From: a virus | Taxonomy: Duplodnaviria; Caudoviricetes | Direction: 5' to 3' (one strand) | DNA: 64,000 bases | IMG/VR virus record: IMGVR_UViG_3300037067_009382 | Span: 26,409-90,408 of that record | In this document: one piece after another, positions 18,056 through 27,216 of the stretch | Position numbering within the stretch: position 1 is the stretch's first letter | Layout: each line of letters opens with the position of its first letter | The notes under the pieces: model-generated | Database searches by the model: none | Seen by the model: only the letters and a program-made list of their open reading frames with translations | Told to the model about the DNA's origin: nothing | Made by a program: the position numbers and the translations under genes

Positions 18056-19102
18056 TTATGCGTAGTTCGATGCACTCAGGGCATCGTAAACAGCCATGTC
18101 CATACTCGAGAACTCCGCCGTAAGCTCGACAGGAATTAACGGAGTTTCTACTTGCTGAATAGGGTTGCTTCTGATGTAGGCTCCCGGAGTTGCAAACGCT
18201 GCAATTCCACCTGGGGGGATGGTAAAGCCAATCGTGTCTGTGGCGGAGTTCGCTCTCATAAATTCGAGAGAGACTACGCATCCGTAATACGCTGGCGTTA
18301 GCGGTCCTGCCTTCATGCACTCCTCAAAGAGAACTACATCATCGATATCGTATGTCATCGACAATCGATAGTTCCTCGGCCCCTCATCGATCGAGTAAAT
18401 GTTCGGATCCGTCCCACCAGTATCCCTTGTGATATAGAATGGGGCCTCATTCCCGTTCTGTATCTCTAGACGGAAGGACTTCACGCGAGCCAATTGAACA
18501 CCCGCTATAGTTATTCTACCCTCAAAGAACATGTAAGGCTGAGTTTGTAGAATGCTTACGCTGTGTTCGACCAGTGACGCATCATAACCCCGGTATCCGG
18601 CCTTGTTATGCACCATCTTCTGCGCCTGGATGTCGTCAAGGCTCATCGTTAGCGGTCCCTGTTCGGTCGCTTCGAATGTCGCCCTGTTGACCTTACAACC
18701 CAGATACCGACGTATCAACTTGCATGTGAGCGCAGAGTCGTAATTCATACAGTCGATAGTGAAACTGGGTATCTGACTCGATTCCGTAATCTGGTGGACG
18801 TAATTCGGAGAAGCCCCAGTGGTGGTGACAGACCCTAAGATGAACTTAAGGAACTGTCCATTCTGCAACCAGATGTTCGAGATACTGCCCTTATATTCAG
18901 CTCTGGGTTTAGGCATGATCTTCCAGTTGCGCCCTTCACCAATTACCCTCTGAGGATCGAACATGTTCTCCAGATCGGGTAGAGAAGCGCCATGCATTAT
19001 ACCAAAGCGCCTCCATGTGCCTCCTGCGAACACCCCGTAGGAGGATTCTGTTTGGAAAAATACTTTTTCTAGTTCGCCCTTGAAAGGCGTAGTTGGAACC
19101 AT
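18056..19102 (-). CDS. Major tail tube protein
   Basis: 348 aa; ESSYG start motif, YVHQIT, PSFTI, RRYLGCKVN pattern; canonical position. Confidence 0.8.
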   Translation of the reverse strand: MVPTTPFKGELEKVFFQTESSYGVFAGGTWRRFGIMHGASLPDLENMFDPQRVIGEGRNWKIMPKPRAEYKGSISNIWLQNGQFLKFILGSVTTTGASPNYVHQITESSQIPSFTIDCMNYDSALTCKLIRRYLGCKVNRATFEATEQGPLTMSLDDIQAQKMVHNKAGYRGYDASLVEHSVSILQTQPYMFFEGRITIAGVQLARVKSFRLEIQNGNEAPFYITRDTGGTDPNIYSIDEGPRNYRLSMTYDIDDVVLFEECMKAGPLTPAYYGCVVSLEFMRANSATDTIGFTIPPGGIAAFATPGAYIRSNPIQQVETPLIPVELTAEFSSMDMAVYDALSASNYA

Positions 19103-19115
19103 AGTTCCACCTCCT

Positions 19116-19598
19116 TTAGAAATCCGCTAGATCGATTCCATCTATTACAACCCCGTAGTTCTCTAACGAAAAGCGCATTTCGAATTTCCAGTTCTTCCTG
19201 CGCGACTCGGGTGACTCTTGGAACGACTTAAACCGTATCCACTGAAAACCAGTAGCTGGTGCGTTATGTTGATTCGCGTACAGAATACGTTTCATCTCGT
19301 TAATCACGTCCAGCCCCCTCTGTCTTCCCGTTACGGTGAAAAGCTCTATCTTCAAATTGTCGAACCTATTTTGATACTCGTGCGGGACACCTTCATACTC
19401 TTCGGTATGCGCTGGAGACTCATACTGAATGGTGGCTCTGTCTCGTTTCGACAGATCCATCCTTGGGCTTGGAGTCTCGTTCCAAATATACACATAGGGC
19501 TTCGGTACTCTACCTCCGTACGTCTGCCACTGACTCTCAAACAAAGCTATTATCAGGCTGAGCGGCTCAACGGCCGCCGAGTATGTTAACTCGACCAT
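19116..19598 (-). CDS. Tail terminator/completion protein
   Basis: 160 aa immediately upstream of the tube gene. Confidence 0.55.
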   Translation of the reverse strand: MVELTYSAAVEPLSLIIALFESQWQTYGGRVPKPYVYIWNETPSPRMDLSKRDRATIQYESPAHTEEYEGVPHEYQNRFDNLKIELFTVTGRQRGLDVINEMKRILYANQHNAPATGFQWIRFKSFQESPESRRKNWKFEMRFSLENYGVVIDGIDLADF

Positions 19599-19616
19599 AC
19601 GAGCCTCCTTAAGTTA

Positions 19617-20246
19617 CTATCGAGAGATAAGTCTGCGATAGCGTCTCACGAAAGTATCTACGTCCTGCTTCCATATCTGCGCCTTGGTGGCGAGGTCAAT
19701 CATACTTGTGCCAGACGGGAATATATTGGTATAGTCGGATGCGGCGATAAGGTCAAGAGCTGCCTTCTTCGTACACGCATCCTCAACCGTCTTAGGAACA
19801 AATGTATTCCCGTGGGTATATGCGACCTGAATGGAGTTTTTGAAGCGACCATAGATCCTTGGTAGACCATATCGGACATACCTCGTTGGATGCCAGAACC
19901 AAGAGACAAAGATTATCTGGCCGAACTGGTAGTCGACTATGAAATCTTTGTCTCTTCCCTCAGTTAATGTTTGCCATGACGAACCGGTATAAAGTTGTAC
20001 ACTCTGCACGGATTTGATTGGGACGTTCAGTAACTTGATGCCACCAATCTTGTAATCATGATACTCAGCAGTTATAGGAATGCCTGCAGTTTTCCACGTT
20101 TGGTGAGTTTCCTCATCCAAGTAGTCTTCTGCCCTGAGTATCAGATCCTCAATTCCTTCACGCGATGGGGTACCTGGTGAACCCACTTGTTCTATCTGCA
20201 AGAGGTTTACCACTTTATCTACGGTTGAGTAGTTCAGTGTTACCAT
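19617..20246 (-). CDS. Head-tail connector/adaptor
   Basis: LILRAEDYLD, LLNVPIKSV, IQVAYTHG...PKTVEDAC pattern of gp6/gp15-like adaptors. Confidence 0.75.
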   Translation of the reverse strand: MVTLNYSTVDKVVNLLQIEQVGSPGTPSREGIEDLILRAEDYLDEETHQTWKTAGIPITAEYHDYKIGGIKLLNVPIKSVQSVQLYTGSSWQTLTEGRDKDFIVDYQFGQIIFVSWFWHPTRYVRYGLPRIYGRFKNSIQVAYTHGNTFVPKTVEDACTKKAALDLIAASDYTNIFPSGTSMIDLATKAQIWKQDVDTFVRRYRRLISR

Positions 20247-20304
20247 ATTCTACCCCCATCTAGCCTCATTGTTTCCCAGCGGAAAACTCTTCGGCTGCAT
20301 TATT

Positions 20305-20862
20305 CTATGCACCAAGATATGTGAGTTCCCAAAGAACCTGAAGTGTGTCGCTCAGGCCAACGTTTACGGTTGGTGTTACTTGGGCGTACGCAAGCATATC
20401 CGCTGCAGCTTCGACTGCGTTATTGATTAAGCCTGCTTCGTTAATGCCTGTAGCGTTTAGCGTACCGGCAGCGAATGTGGCCCTGTACTGAGTAACGTTG
20501 TCGTTCGCAGCACCGAAGGCACCTTTTACTTTCGGGTAGGTTGCATCCATTGCATCAGGAGAACCCGTTGGAGTAACAAGTGCTGTCTGTGCTTTTGCAC
20601 CACCGGCATAGCCAGTACCAACTTCGATATAGCCGTTCGCGTTATTGACCTTCGTCCGTGCAGGGACGTCGGACATCTGATCGGCAATCAGTGCATCACC
20701 CTCATCCGTTACGATGTTGTGATTGATGGAGCGTGCCTTCACTCTTCCATCAGGCCCACGGACGGTAGCAATCACTCGACCAGTGATTCCCACTTTCTCA
20801 TGTATACCTGGAATGAGGTAGCTCAGGTCGGACAAAGCATTTCGGAACTTCATTGGTGACAC
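20305..20862 (-). CDS. Tail-collar-type virion protein
   Basis: HNIVTDEG, YIEVGTG, INEAGL, LQVLWELT; same fold as the four tail-tip paralogues. Confidence 0.6.
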   Translation of the reverse strand: MSPMKFRNALSDLSYLIPGIHEKVGITGRVIATVRGPDGRVKARSINHNIVTDEGDALIADQMSDVPARTKVNNANGYIEVGTGYAGGAKAQTALVTPTGSPDAMDATYPKVKGAFGAANDNVTQYRATFAAGTLNATGINEAGLINNAVEAAADMLAYAQVTPTVNVGLSDTLQVLWELTYLGA

Positions 20863-20865
20863 CTC

Positions 20866-21213
20866 CTACGCTGTCTTTTTCATTCCTGCTCCGTGCAGAA
20901 TCAGGAATCCTTCAATTTTATTATAGTTCGTGGTGAGCAATACTTCCACGCGGTAATGTGACCCAGGTGTTGCACTCTTCAGTACTGCGATGCAACCTGT
21001 TGACGTAACGACAGTTGTTCCTGCCTTCAGGATCGTTGACGTAACGTCAGTTTCGCCTGTTAACTCGTAAACCTTTATAGACGCTGCCGATGGAATCTCG
21101 CCAGTATCAAGTACTCCCTGAGCGTTGAATTCGCATCTCTTCTCCTCGTCCTCAGATATAAACAGAGGTGAATTCTCGAACTCCATTGACTCGGGTGTTA
21201 AGGGTCTCGTCAC
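20866..21213 (-). CDS. Small virion structural protein (fibre-adaptor-like beta sandwich)
   Basis: 115 aa, ...GSHYRVEVLLTT; located in the structural operon. Confidence 0.45.
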   Translation of the reverse strand: MTRPLTPESMEFENSPLFISEDEEKRCEFNAQGVLDTGEIPSAASIKVYELTGETDVTSTILKAGTTVVTSTGCIAVLKSATPGSHYRVEVLLTTNYNKIEGFLILHGAGMKKTA

Positions 21214-22019
21214 TTTCCATCACCTCCCATTCGTTTCCAGAACTTGTATGGCGTCTCGCGATACTTGAAATAGAACTTCTTCGCGATACCTTTGTATTCG
21301 TATATGAACGCATCCACAATCCCTACGGTATTCGTAATGACCCTTATGCCATCGTATACCTTAGTGATCAGGTCAGTCACTCCCACGGCGTCTGAGATTA
21401 GTCTGACACCAGTATAGGTCTTGGTGAGCAAGTCTGTTACACCCACTGGATCCTGAATCGTCTTGACAATCTCTCGGGCCAGAGCGATAGCGTCCGTTAT
21501 TCCGACAGTGTTAGAGATCGTCTTTACGCCGTCGTACACTTTAGAGACAGTATCGGTAACCCCGACGGTATTCGTAAAGGTTTTATAGAACGTTCCCACT
21601 TTCGTGATTACGTCTGTCACTCCCACTGTATCGGCGATTGTCTTTATCCACGTTCCTGAATAGGAGACCACACTCGTCACCCCGACGGTATTTAGAATCG
21701 AGCGGTAGCCTGCGTATACCTTTGCGATAGTTGTAGTGATCCCGACCGTATTTGCGATTGTACGAACGTAAGCAAAGGGCGGATTCAAGTAAGCGTTGTC
21801 CAACGTAAGGTATTGCATTCTCGGTTTCAATATAGTTGGCTGTGCGATTGGGAAGCCCCATCCACCAATATTCGGAATGCGGAAGTAAGGCAATAACCAG
21901 CTCATATCCTCGTTCGTGAATTGCTGTACACGAGCGTAAGTAATAATTGGTTGCTGGTCTCCTAACTCACTGCAGTCGGGAAACCATTCTCCTAAGGCAT
22001 CAACCGCAATTGGACACAT
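21210..22019 (-). CDS. Virion protein with eight tandem 20-aa repeats
   Basis: Repeats of [K/R]TIx[N/D]TVG[V/I]TDxxxKxYxG[V/I]. Confidence 0.7.
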   Translation of the reverse strand: MCPIAVDALGEWFPDCSELGDQQPIITYARVQQFTNEDMSWLLPYFRIPNIGGWGFPIAQPTILKPRMQYLTLDNAYLNPPFAYVRTIANTVGITTTIAKVYAGYRSILNTVGVTSVVSYSGTWIKTIADTVGVTDVITKVGTFYKTFTNTVGVTDTVSKVYDGVKTISNTVGITDAIALAREIVKTIQDPVGVTDLLTKTYTGVRLISDAVGVTDLITKVYDGIRVITNTVGIVDAFIYEYKGIAKKFYFKYRETPYKFWKRMGGDGK

Positions 22020-22261
22020 TGACTACGCCTCTCTATTTCTTCGATCTGCTTCTCTGTCGGTACACATTTGTCACACTCTGGCTTTCCGCAAGTTGGCTTG
22101 TTGCACTTCAAACACCATCCTCTTTTTGTACCACTGCCCGGACGAACTATAAAGTGCCCTCCACAATGGCAACACTGAAGGGTATCTGCCTCGAACTTCT
22201 TCCCATCGGGAGAGAATGCCTCGACATACCCGTTCGGTTTTCTTGCGGTGTGTTGATACAT
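21992..22261 (-). CDS. Cys-rich Zn-finger protein
   Basis: CCHC...WCLKCNKPTCGKPECDKC. Confidence 0.65.
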   Translation of the reverse strand: MYQHTARKPNGYVEAFSPDGKKFEADTLQCCHCGGHFIVRPGSGTKRGWCLKCNKPTCGKPECDKCVPTEKQIEEIERRSQCVQLRLMP

Positions 22262-22714
22262 TTATTCCTCCCAGTGTGCTGTGACTTCAACATCGGGTGT
22301 GGCAGCTGCTGCAACGTCAACTGTGAAGATGCCTACACCTTCAGCAACCACGGCAGGAATAATAATCTCGCCACCGGGATAGGCTACCCACCGGAACGTG
22401 GCTCTCTGGTTCATTCCGAACTCGAGTAGAATCGCACTTGCGGTATAGGTTGGCTCAACGGTATGATTTACGTTGCAGACCAACTGAGCACCTGGTGCTG
22501 ACGGATCGAGCGGAAGAGCAGTAAATCCCGTTCCTGTACCGATAGCAGTAATGCGCTGTACTGTCGTCTTCACAGTGATGTCAGCGGGTGCTGAAATCTG
22601 ACTCTGAATCAGTTCGTACAGTTTTCCTCTGCGCGCCACTATGCCCGTTAGAGTCATAGTAGTATCGGCTGGATTGGCAACTGTCTGAGTCCCTACGCCT
22701 GCGTATTTGTCCAT
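22262..22714 (-). CDS. Hypothetical virion protein
   Basis: 150 aa, beta-rich, in the structural operon. Confidence 0.55.
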   Translation of the reverse strand: MDKYAGVGTQTVANPADTTMTLTGIVARRGKLYELIQSQISAPADITVKTTVQRITAIGTGTGFTALPLDPSAPGAQLVCNVNHTVEPTYTASAILLEFGMNQRATFRWVAYPGGEIIIPAVVAEGVGIFTVDVAAAATPDVEVTAHWEE

Positions 22715-22726
22715 TTTACCCTCCTA

Positions 22727-23056
22727 TCAGGTATTGTCGCCCTTCTTGTAATATTTTAGTATCATACGGATGTGCTTTACGACTTCCCAAGCTCCGACTG
22801 AGACAAACATCATCGAAGCAAATGGAAGTACAACTCCTGTCCATCTCATCCAATAGTCTGGCTCGGGAATTCCAAGTATATTCAGGATCTGGAGTATACC
22901 TATGAATGGTGCGAGTCCTAACCCTATTGTTATGAGTACCCATCCACGCCACCAATTGGTTAGCTTGCACGCGTAAAAGCAGGTTGCAAACGCACCGAGG
23001 GTTGCGACCGTTTTTGTTATAAACATAGCCAACTCCCACCATGTCCATTCGGGCAT
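22727..23056 (-). CDS. Membrane protein with about three TM segments (holin candidate)
   Basis: 109 aa, hydrophobic segments and basic C-terminus. Confidence 0.45.
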   Translation of the reverse strand: MPEWTWWELAMFITKTVATLGAFATCFYACKLTNWWRGWVLITIGLGLAPFIGILQILNILGIPEPDYWMRWTGVVLPFASMMFVSVGAWEVVKHIRMILKYYKKGDNT

Positions 23057-23065
23057 CTCCTACTC

Positions 23066-23518
23066 CTAGACAGTTACTCCCAGCTTGATTGTCAATAGTG
23101 AATAAAATTCCGAAAGGGTACATCCCGCTTCGTGTGCAATCTTCTGCATCTCGAGCATTCCCATCTTTTGCGAGACAAATATCAGAGCATCGCTAGGACT
23201 AATGTCTGGATGTTCTTTCTTCACCAGGGAAATAACCTCTTCCATTCCCTTAATGCACTCCTCACCCTCTGGGGTTAGTTTGTATCCCGAACCCCTTCGT
23301 GCTAGGTGGGGTTGCTTTTCTAATGTCTGGTCTACGAACAGTGACCAGATAACGTCCATTTTCATTTCCAATCCTGCCACCTTCTCGGGTACTCCCTTAT
23401 TTGCCTTTATCACTGAATCGACAGTGCCCTTCCAATAGGCTAGTCCCCCAATGACACCCAGGATCGAAATAACTCCTAAGATGATTGCTATTAACGACTG
23501 GGCATTTTCCATAATCAC
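23066..23518 (-). CDS. Protein with single N-terminal TM helix (possible lysis accessory)
   Basis: SLIAIILGVISILGVIGGLAYW followed by a soluble domain. Confidence 0.45.
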   Translation of the reverse strand: MIMENAQSLIAIILGVISILGVIGGLAYWKGTVDSVIKANKGVPEKVAGLEMKMDVIWSLFVDQTLEKQPHLARRGSGYKLTPEGEECIKGMEEVISLVKKEHPDISPSDALIFVSQKMGMLEMQKIAHEAGCTLSEFYSLLTIKLGVTV

Positions 23519-23533
23519 TCCTCCGTCAAGTTA

Positions 23534-24088
23534 TTAAATAGTGTATCCGTGCACGCCAACTACAAAATCGAGAGTGGCGTTATCAGTCGCGTTCATTGTT
23601 TGGAGCCAAATCTTAACTGGCAAACCTCCTATCGTAATCGGAATCAATTTCGTGGGTGTCGTTAATATCTTTCTTACGTTATCGGCTGGTGCTCTGAAGA
23701 AAGGAAACTCGCTGTATTGTCCCGCAGTAATCGCATCGGCGAGAGTTCCTGTCCCATAAACGATCCTGCACAGGTACAGAGAGCTAGATGAGTTTGCAAC
23801 GATCAGCACCTCATTGAAATCACCGCTAGCCATTCCAGGTATAGGAATATCATCAGTACCAAATAATTGAGCCTCATCCCCAGGATCGGCCCCGTAAACA
23901 CCGTTACCGGATATAGCCCTGTACAGAAGAGTCAATCCTGAGGCAAGGGGTGTACACCAGTGAGTGGCGTCCTGTGGATTGAGTTTTCCGAACCACCGAA
24001 CGTTATGATGATCGTGCTCCTCGGCAATCTCAGCATCCCTTTGGGTCGCTATCATTAAAAGGTCTTGTCCGTTTACTCCTACAACCAT
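23534..24088 (-). CDS. Hypothetical virion protein
   Basis: 184 aa; AGGA RBS; starts MVVGVNGQ, resembling the next-upstream gene's MSVGINGQ. Confidence 0.55.
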   Translation of the reverse strand: MVVGVNGQDLLMIATQRDAEIAEEHDHHNVRWFGKLNPQDATHWCTPLASGLTLLYRAISGNGVYGADPGDEAQLFGTDDIPIPGMASGDFNEVLIVANSSSSLYLCRIVYGTGTLADAITAGQYSEFPFFRAPADNVRKILTTPTKLIPITIGGLPVKIWLQTMNATDNATLDFVVGVHGYTI

Positions 24089-24092
24089 TCCT

Positions 24093-24575
24093 TTACCCCC
24101 ATCGAGTCCAAACTATTAACCCTAACTGGAGATCACGCAAGAGAAGGTTATCCTGCTTCGCTTTCGCGAGAAGCCATCGATTAAGGTAGGTATCACTCTT
24201 GCTAACCTCGGCCACAATGTTGATATTGCCCATAATCTCGATCGCTCCCCTTTCGGAACTTCCCTCTATGGAGAGCCCATCATCGGCCATCTTAATCGAA
24301 TCAATATAGGCACCATTACCTGTTTGAATGACTTGGCTGGTATTTGGGACAGTGGCACCATCAAGTCCGTTGGGAGCTGCATTAGTATTTATCAGTCTCC
24401 CTATCCTTAAAATACGGAAAGCGTATAACACTACACTATTGGGAGGCAAGTCGACAACAATAGGTGCTCCCGCAATAGTTGTAGGAGTCGTATCTAGCGT
24501 AACGAGTGGAACTGCATCGCTCCAGAACTCGAGTCGTGCTAGACTGTGACATTGTCCATTTATTCCAACACTCAT
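24093..24575 (-). CDS. Hypothetical virion protein
   Basis: 160 aa, beta-rich. Confidence 0.55.
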   Translation of the reverse strand: MSVGINGQCHSLARLEFWSDAVPLVTLDTTPTTIAGAPIVVDLPPNSVVLYAFRILRIGRLINTNAAPNGLDGATVPNTSQVIQTGNGAYIDSIKMADDGLSIEGSSERGAIEIMGNINIVAEVSKSDTYLNRWLLAKAKQDNLLLRDLQLGLIVWTRWG

Positions 24576-24584
24576 ACGTCACCC

Positions 24585-25067
24585 CTAGGCTAAGTAGCCT
24601 CCATCGACCTGAGCTTCGTATTCAAAGATAACCGTTAAATCGACCGGAGTTGCGCCCGTACCGGTAAGGGTCATTACTATTGTCTTAGTTGCGTCAAGTG
24701 ACGCCGCACCTTCCCACCAGACCTGTTTATCTTCTGCATCAATATTGGCCTGTGCGCCCGTAGTTGAATCGATAAACGTTATTACCTTGCCAGCGCCACC
24801 TTTAAGAGTAATGTGAGTCAAATCGGCTGTGGTGGCACCATTAGAGCGAATGACAATCCTCTTCAGGAAACATCCCTGAGTGGTTACAGTGGCAACTACT
24901 ACATCACCTGCATCGGCAGCTTCGGTAATTGCCTTCTCGAATATTTGAATACGACCCGTAACCTTCTTATTGACATTCGTCAGCAGGGTGTCTATCTTGG
25001 TATCGACTGCTAGGAGGGTTACTTGTGAAGCATCACCTGTCCCTACGGGAAGTGGTATTGTCCTCAT
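24585..25067 (-). CDS. Hypothetical virion (possible decoration) protein
   Basis: 160 aa, beta-rich, downstream of the capsid gene. Confidence 0.5.
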   Translation of the reverse strand: MRTIPLPVGTGDASQVTLLAVDTKIDTLLTNVNKKVTGRIQIFEKAITEAADAGDVVVATVTTQGCFLKRIVIRSNGATTADLTHITLKGGAGKVITFIDSTTGAQANIDAEDKQVWWEGAASLDATKTIVMTLTGTGATPVDLTVIFEYEAQVDGGYLA

Positions 25068-25077
25068 TTTCTACCTC

Positions 25078-25557
25078 CTACACTACCTTCAAATCGTTAA
25101 ACTGAATTTCGATGTCATCTACGTGCATTGTATCTCCACCATTGTTAACAATCCGCACGTGAAGTCTCTTTTTCGCAACCTTCGTTCCGAGCGCATTAAC
25201 GAGTTCCTCATCCTCAAGGATAAAGCCCTCAGTAATGACATCGAAATCGGTTAGGTTAATGGCCGAGTTTTGATAGCGTAAGTACGGATCATTAGCGGCG
25301 TCGTGGGGCCCATCTTTCTGGAAGAATTCCACCGTGTAGTTGGTAGCATCTAAGCCCGAACCCACAATGTTGACCGAGAGGATATTCGCCTTCTGTACGA
25401 AGCCATCTACCTCTACCTCTACTGAGCCTACAACACCACCCTTGGCCACTTCTCCGACGGTAGGAAGTCTACCAGTGTTAAAACGCTTAACGAGCGATTG
25501 TTGCGTTACTTCCGCAACGGTCTGATTTCGAGGTTGTGTTAGTGTTCCAGTAGCCAT
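25078..25557 (-). CDS. Hypothetical virion (possible decoration) protein
   Basis: 159 aa, AGGAGG RBS. Confidence 0.5.
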   Translation of the reverse strand: MATGTLTQPRNQTVAEVTQQSLVKRFNTGRLPTVGEVAKGGVVGSVEVEVDGFVQKANILSVNIVGSGLDATNYTVEFFQKDGPHDAANDPYLRYQNSAINLTDFDVITEGFILEDEELVNALGTKVAKKRLHVRIVNNGGDTMHVDDIEIQFNDLKVV

Positions 25558-25568
25558 TACGCCACCTC

Positions 25569-25871
25569 CTAGGCTTTATCTACGGTTCGAAATTCGAACT
25601 CTCCTTGCTGAAAGAGTGCGTCATGTTCTACCTGAGAGACTGGTTGCCATACGTTACGAGGGAAGACACGCTTCTCAGGCCCCAGCGTGCGTACACCTTG
25701 TCCCTCAGCAAAGGGTCCGATGTATCTTGCCTCGAGAACCTTCTCTTTTACGATTGTGACTGCTACAGGCTCGATAATCTTCTCGGGCTTGACAATCACC
25801 TCTGTTACGGGTATCTTGGTGGTTGGTTCCTTCTTTGCAACCGGTTTAGTAACCTTTTTACCCTTGGGCAT
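25569..25871 (-). CDS. Hypothetical protein
   Basis: Start moved to ATG 25871 (MPKGKK) behind a GGAGGGAG RBS. Confidence 0.6.
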   Translation of the reverse strand: MPKGKKVTKPVAKKEPTTKIPVTEVIVKPEKIIEPVAVTIVKEKVLEARYIGPFAEGQGVRTLGPEKRVFPRNVWQPVSQVEHDALFQQGEFEFRTVDKA

Positions 25872-25893
25872 TTCACTCCCTCCATATAAAACT

Positions 25894-25932
25894 ATAGCCG
25901 TCATGCTGGAGAGGAACTAGCATGACGGCTAT
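25894..25932 (-). terminator. Intrinsic terminator-like hairpin
   Basis: Perfect 14-bp stem ATAGCCGTCATGCT/AGCATGACGGCTAT, 11-nt loop, followed by AGTTTTAT on the minus strand. Confidence 0.6.
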
Positions 25933-26017
25933 CATGGTTGTTCCTTTCCGTGGCCACCGAGCGCTTGGCATACAGGAAAGGTACGTGTTACTCGGTTATT
26001 CAATTACCGGGGTTCGT

Positions 26018-26998
26018 TTAGACAGGTACGGCTACGACAGGATCGGCCGCGTCGGTTACCCAGTTTCTCCACTGGTCGCCCGTAGACGGTTTGAAACCTT
26101 TCGCAACAGTGATATTCGCAGTGGCATCTCCGAACCAGTTATCCAGAACCCTGTTCCCACCACTCACGTCTGAGGTGAATGCGAGGTTTACAGTGTTCGG
26201 ATGGTTAACGGCATGGTACACGTCGGTAAAGACGTTATGCATTACCAACCCCTGATTCATGTCCATACAGACATCGTTCTTGTTGCTCCGGAAGAGGTTG
26301 CGACGAATCACATCTCTCAACGGTGCGGCAATACCAGGTGAACCTGGGGGTGCATAAATCGCATAGGTCAGCTCGTTAAACTCACTGTCCTCTACGATAT
26401 AGTGATGGTTACCACCCCAGTCCTCAATCCCGTTTCCGCCAAAGGAACCGATTGCGACGTTTCCGATGAACTTACAGCTTCTCACAATGAAGTGGGAGCT
26501 ATCGGGATAGGTAGCTGATTCTGCCCTGTGTGCCCTAATGGCTGAATAGCCTGTTTCAGGTACGAATAGAATGTTCTGGAATTCCCACCCCTGATTCCTG
26601 ATAGTGAGCAGCGGTGCGTTTGCGGCGACGGCTTCTTCGCGCCATCTTACGCCATCGTCATGGCGAGTGTTACCACCCGTCACACCGATAACTCTTACGC
26701 CGGTAATTCCCAGAGGAGCAGTTATCTGTTCTCGAATATCGCCCCAGACGCAAATGACATCGTTATCAGCGATTTTCTCGAAGACCCTCTCCATGTGCTT
26801 GAAGGGAGTCGTAGGAGTTTTACCGCTGGCACTGTCACTGCCTCCGTTATTGACGAACCAGACATTTCCGATGCCTACAGGACCGAGACCATCCCCGAGC
26901 ATCGCATCGCGTAACGTTGCGCGAGTCGAAATCCATGACAAAAGGGTTCTCACTCCACCTGAAGCTTGAAACCCAACGCCGTAAGGATTGCCTTTCAT
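26018..26998 (-). CDS. Right-handed beta-helix (pectin-lyase-like) virion protein
   Basis: GSDSASGKTPTTPFK motif and repeated [I/V]xx[C/N]xFxx rungs. Confidence 0.7.
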   Translation of the reverse strand: MKGNPYGVGFQASGGVRTLLSWISTRATLRDAMLGDGLGPVGIGNVWFVNNGGSDSASGKTPTTPFKHMERVFEKIADNDVICVWGDIREQITAPLGITGVRVIGVTGGNTRHDDGVRWREEAVAANAPLLTIRNQGWEFQNILFVPETGYSAIRAHRAESATYPDSSHFIVRSCKFIGNVAIGSFGGNGIEDWGGNHHYIVEDSEFNELTYAIYAPPGSPGIAAPLRDVIRRNLFRSNKNDVCMDMNQGLVMHNVFTDVYHAVNHPNTVNLAFTSDVSGGNRVLDNWFGDATANITVAKGFKPSTGDQWRNWVTDAADPVVAVPV

Positions 26999-27186
26999 TT
27001 TCGTTCTCCGAGTACTCTCTCCAGAAGTTTTACCCCTTCGAGTTCTGACTTAGAAAGTTGTTCCTCTAAGGGTTTGTGAGAGCACTTACGGCACAGTGCT
27101 ATATATCGTTTCGTCCGCACGTGCCCTGTGCTTCCACATCGGCTACACTTCAGAAGAGTCGGTTCAGACCTACGCCTTCTTCCCAC
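26995..27186 (-). CDS. Small Zn-ribbon protein
   Basis: CSRC...CRKC, 63 aa. Confidence 0.6.
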   Translation of the reverse strand: MGRRRRSEPTLLKCSRCGSTGHVRTKRYIALCRKCSHKPLEEQLSKSELEGVKLLERVLGERK

Positions 27187-27216
27187 TCTCGTTTCCTTAT
27201 TTATTTGTTAACCGGG

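Noticed and set aside
22727-23518. A complete lysis cassette
   Set aside because: Two membrane proteins are present but no endolysin motif was recognised nearby; the holin call stays tentative.
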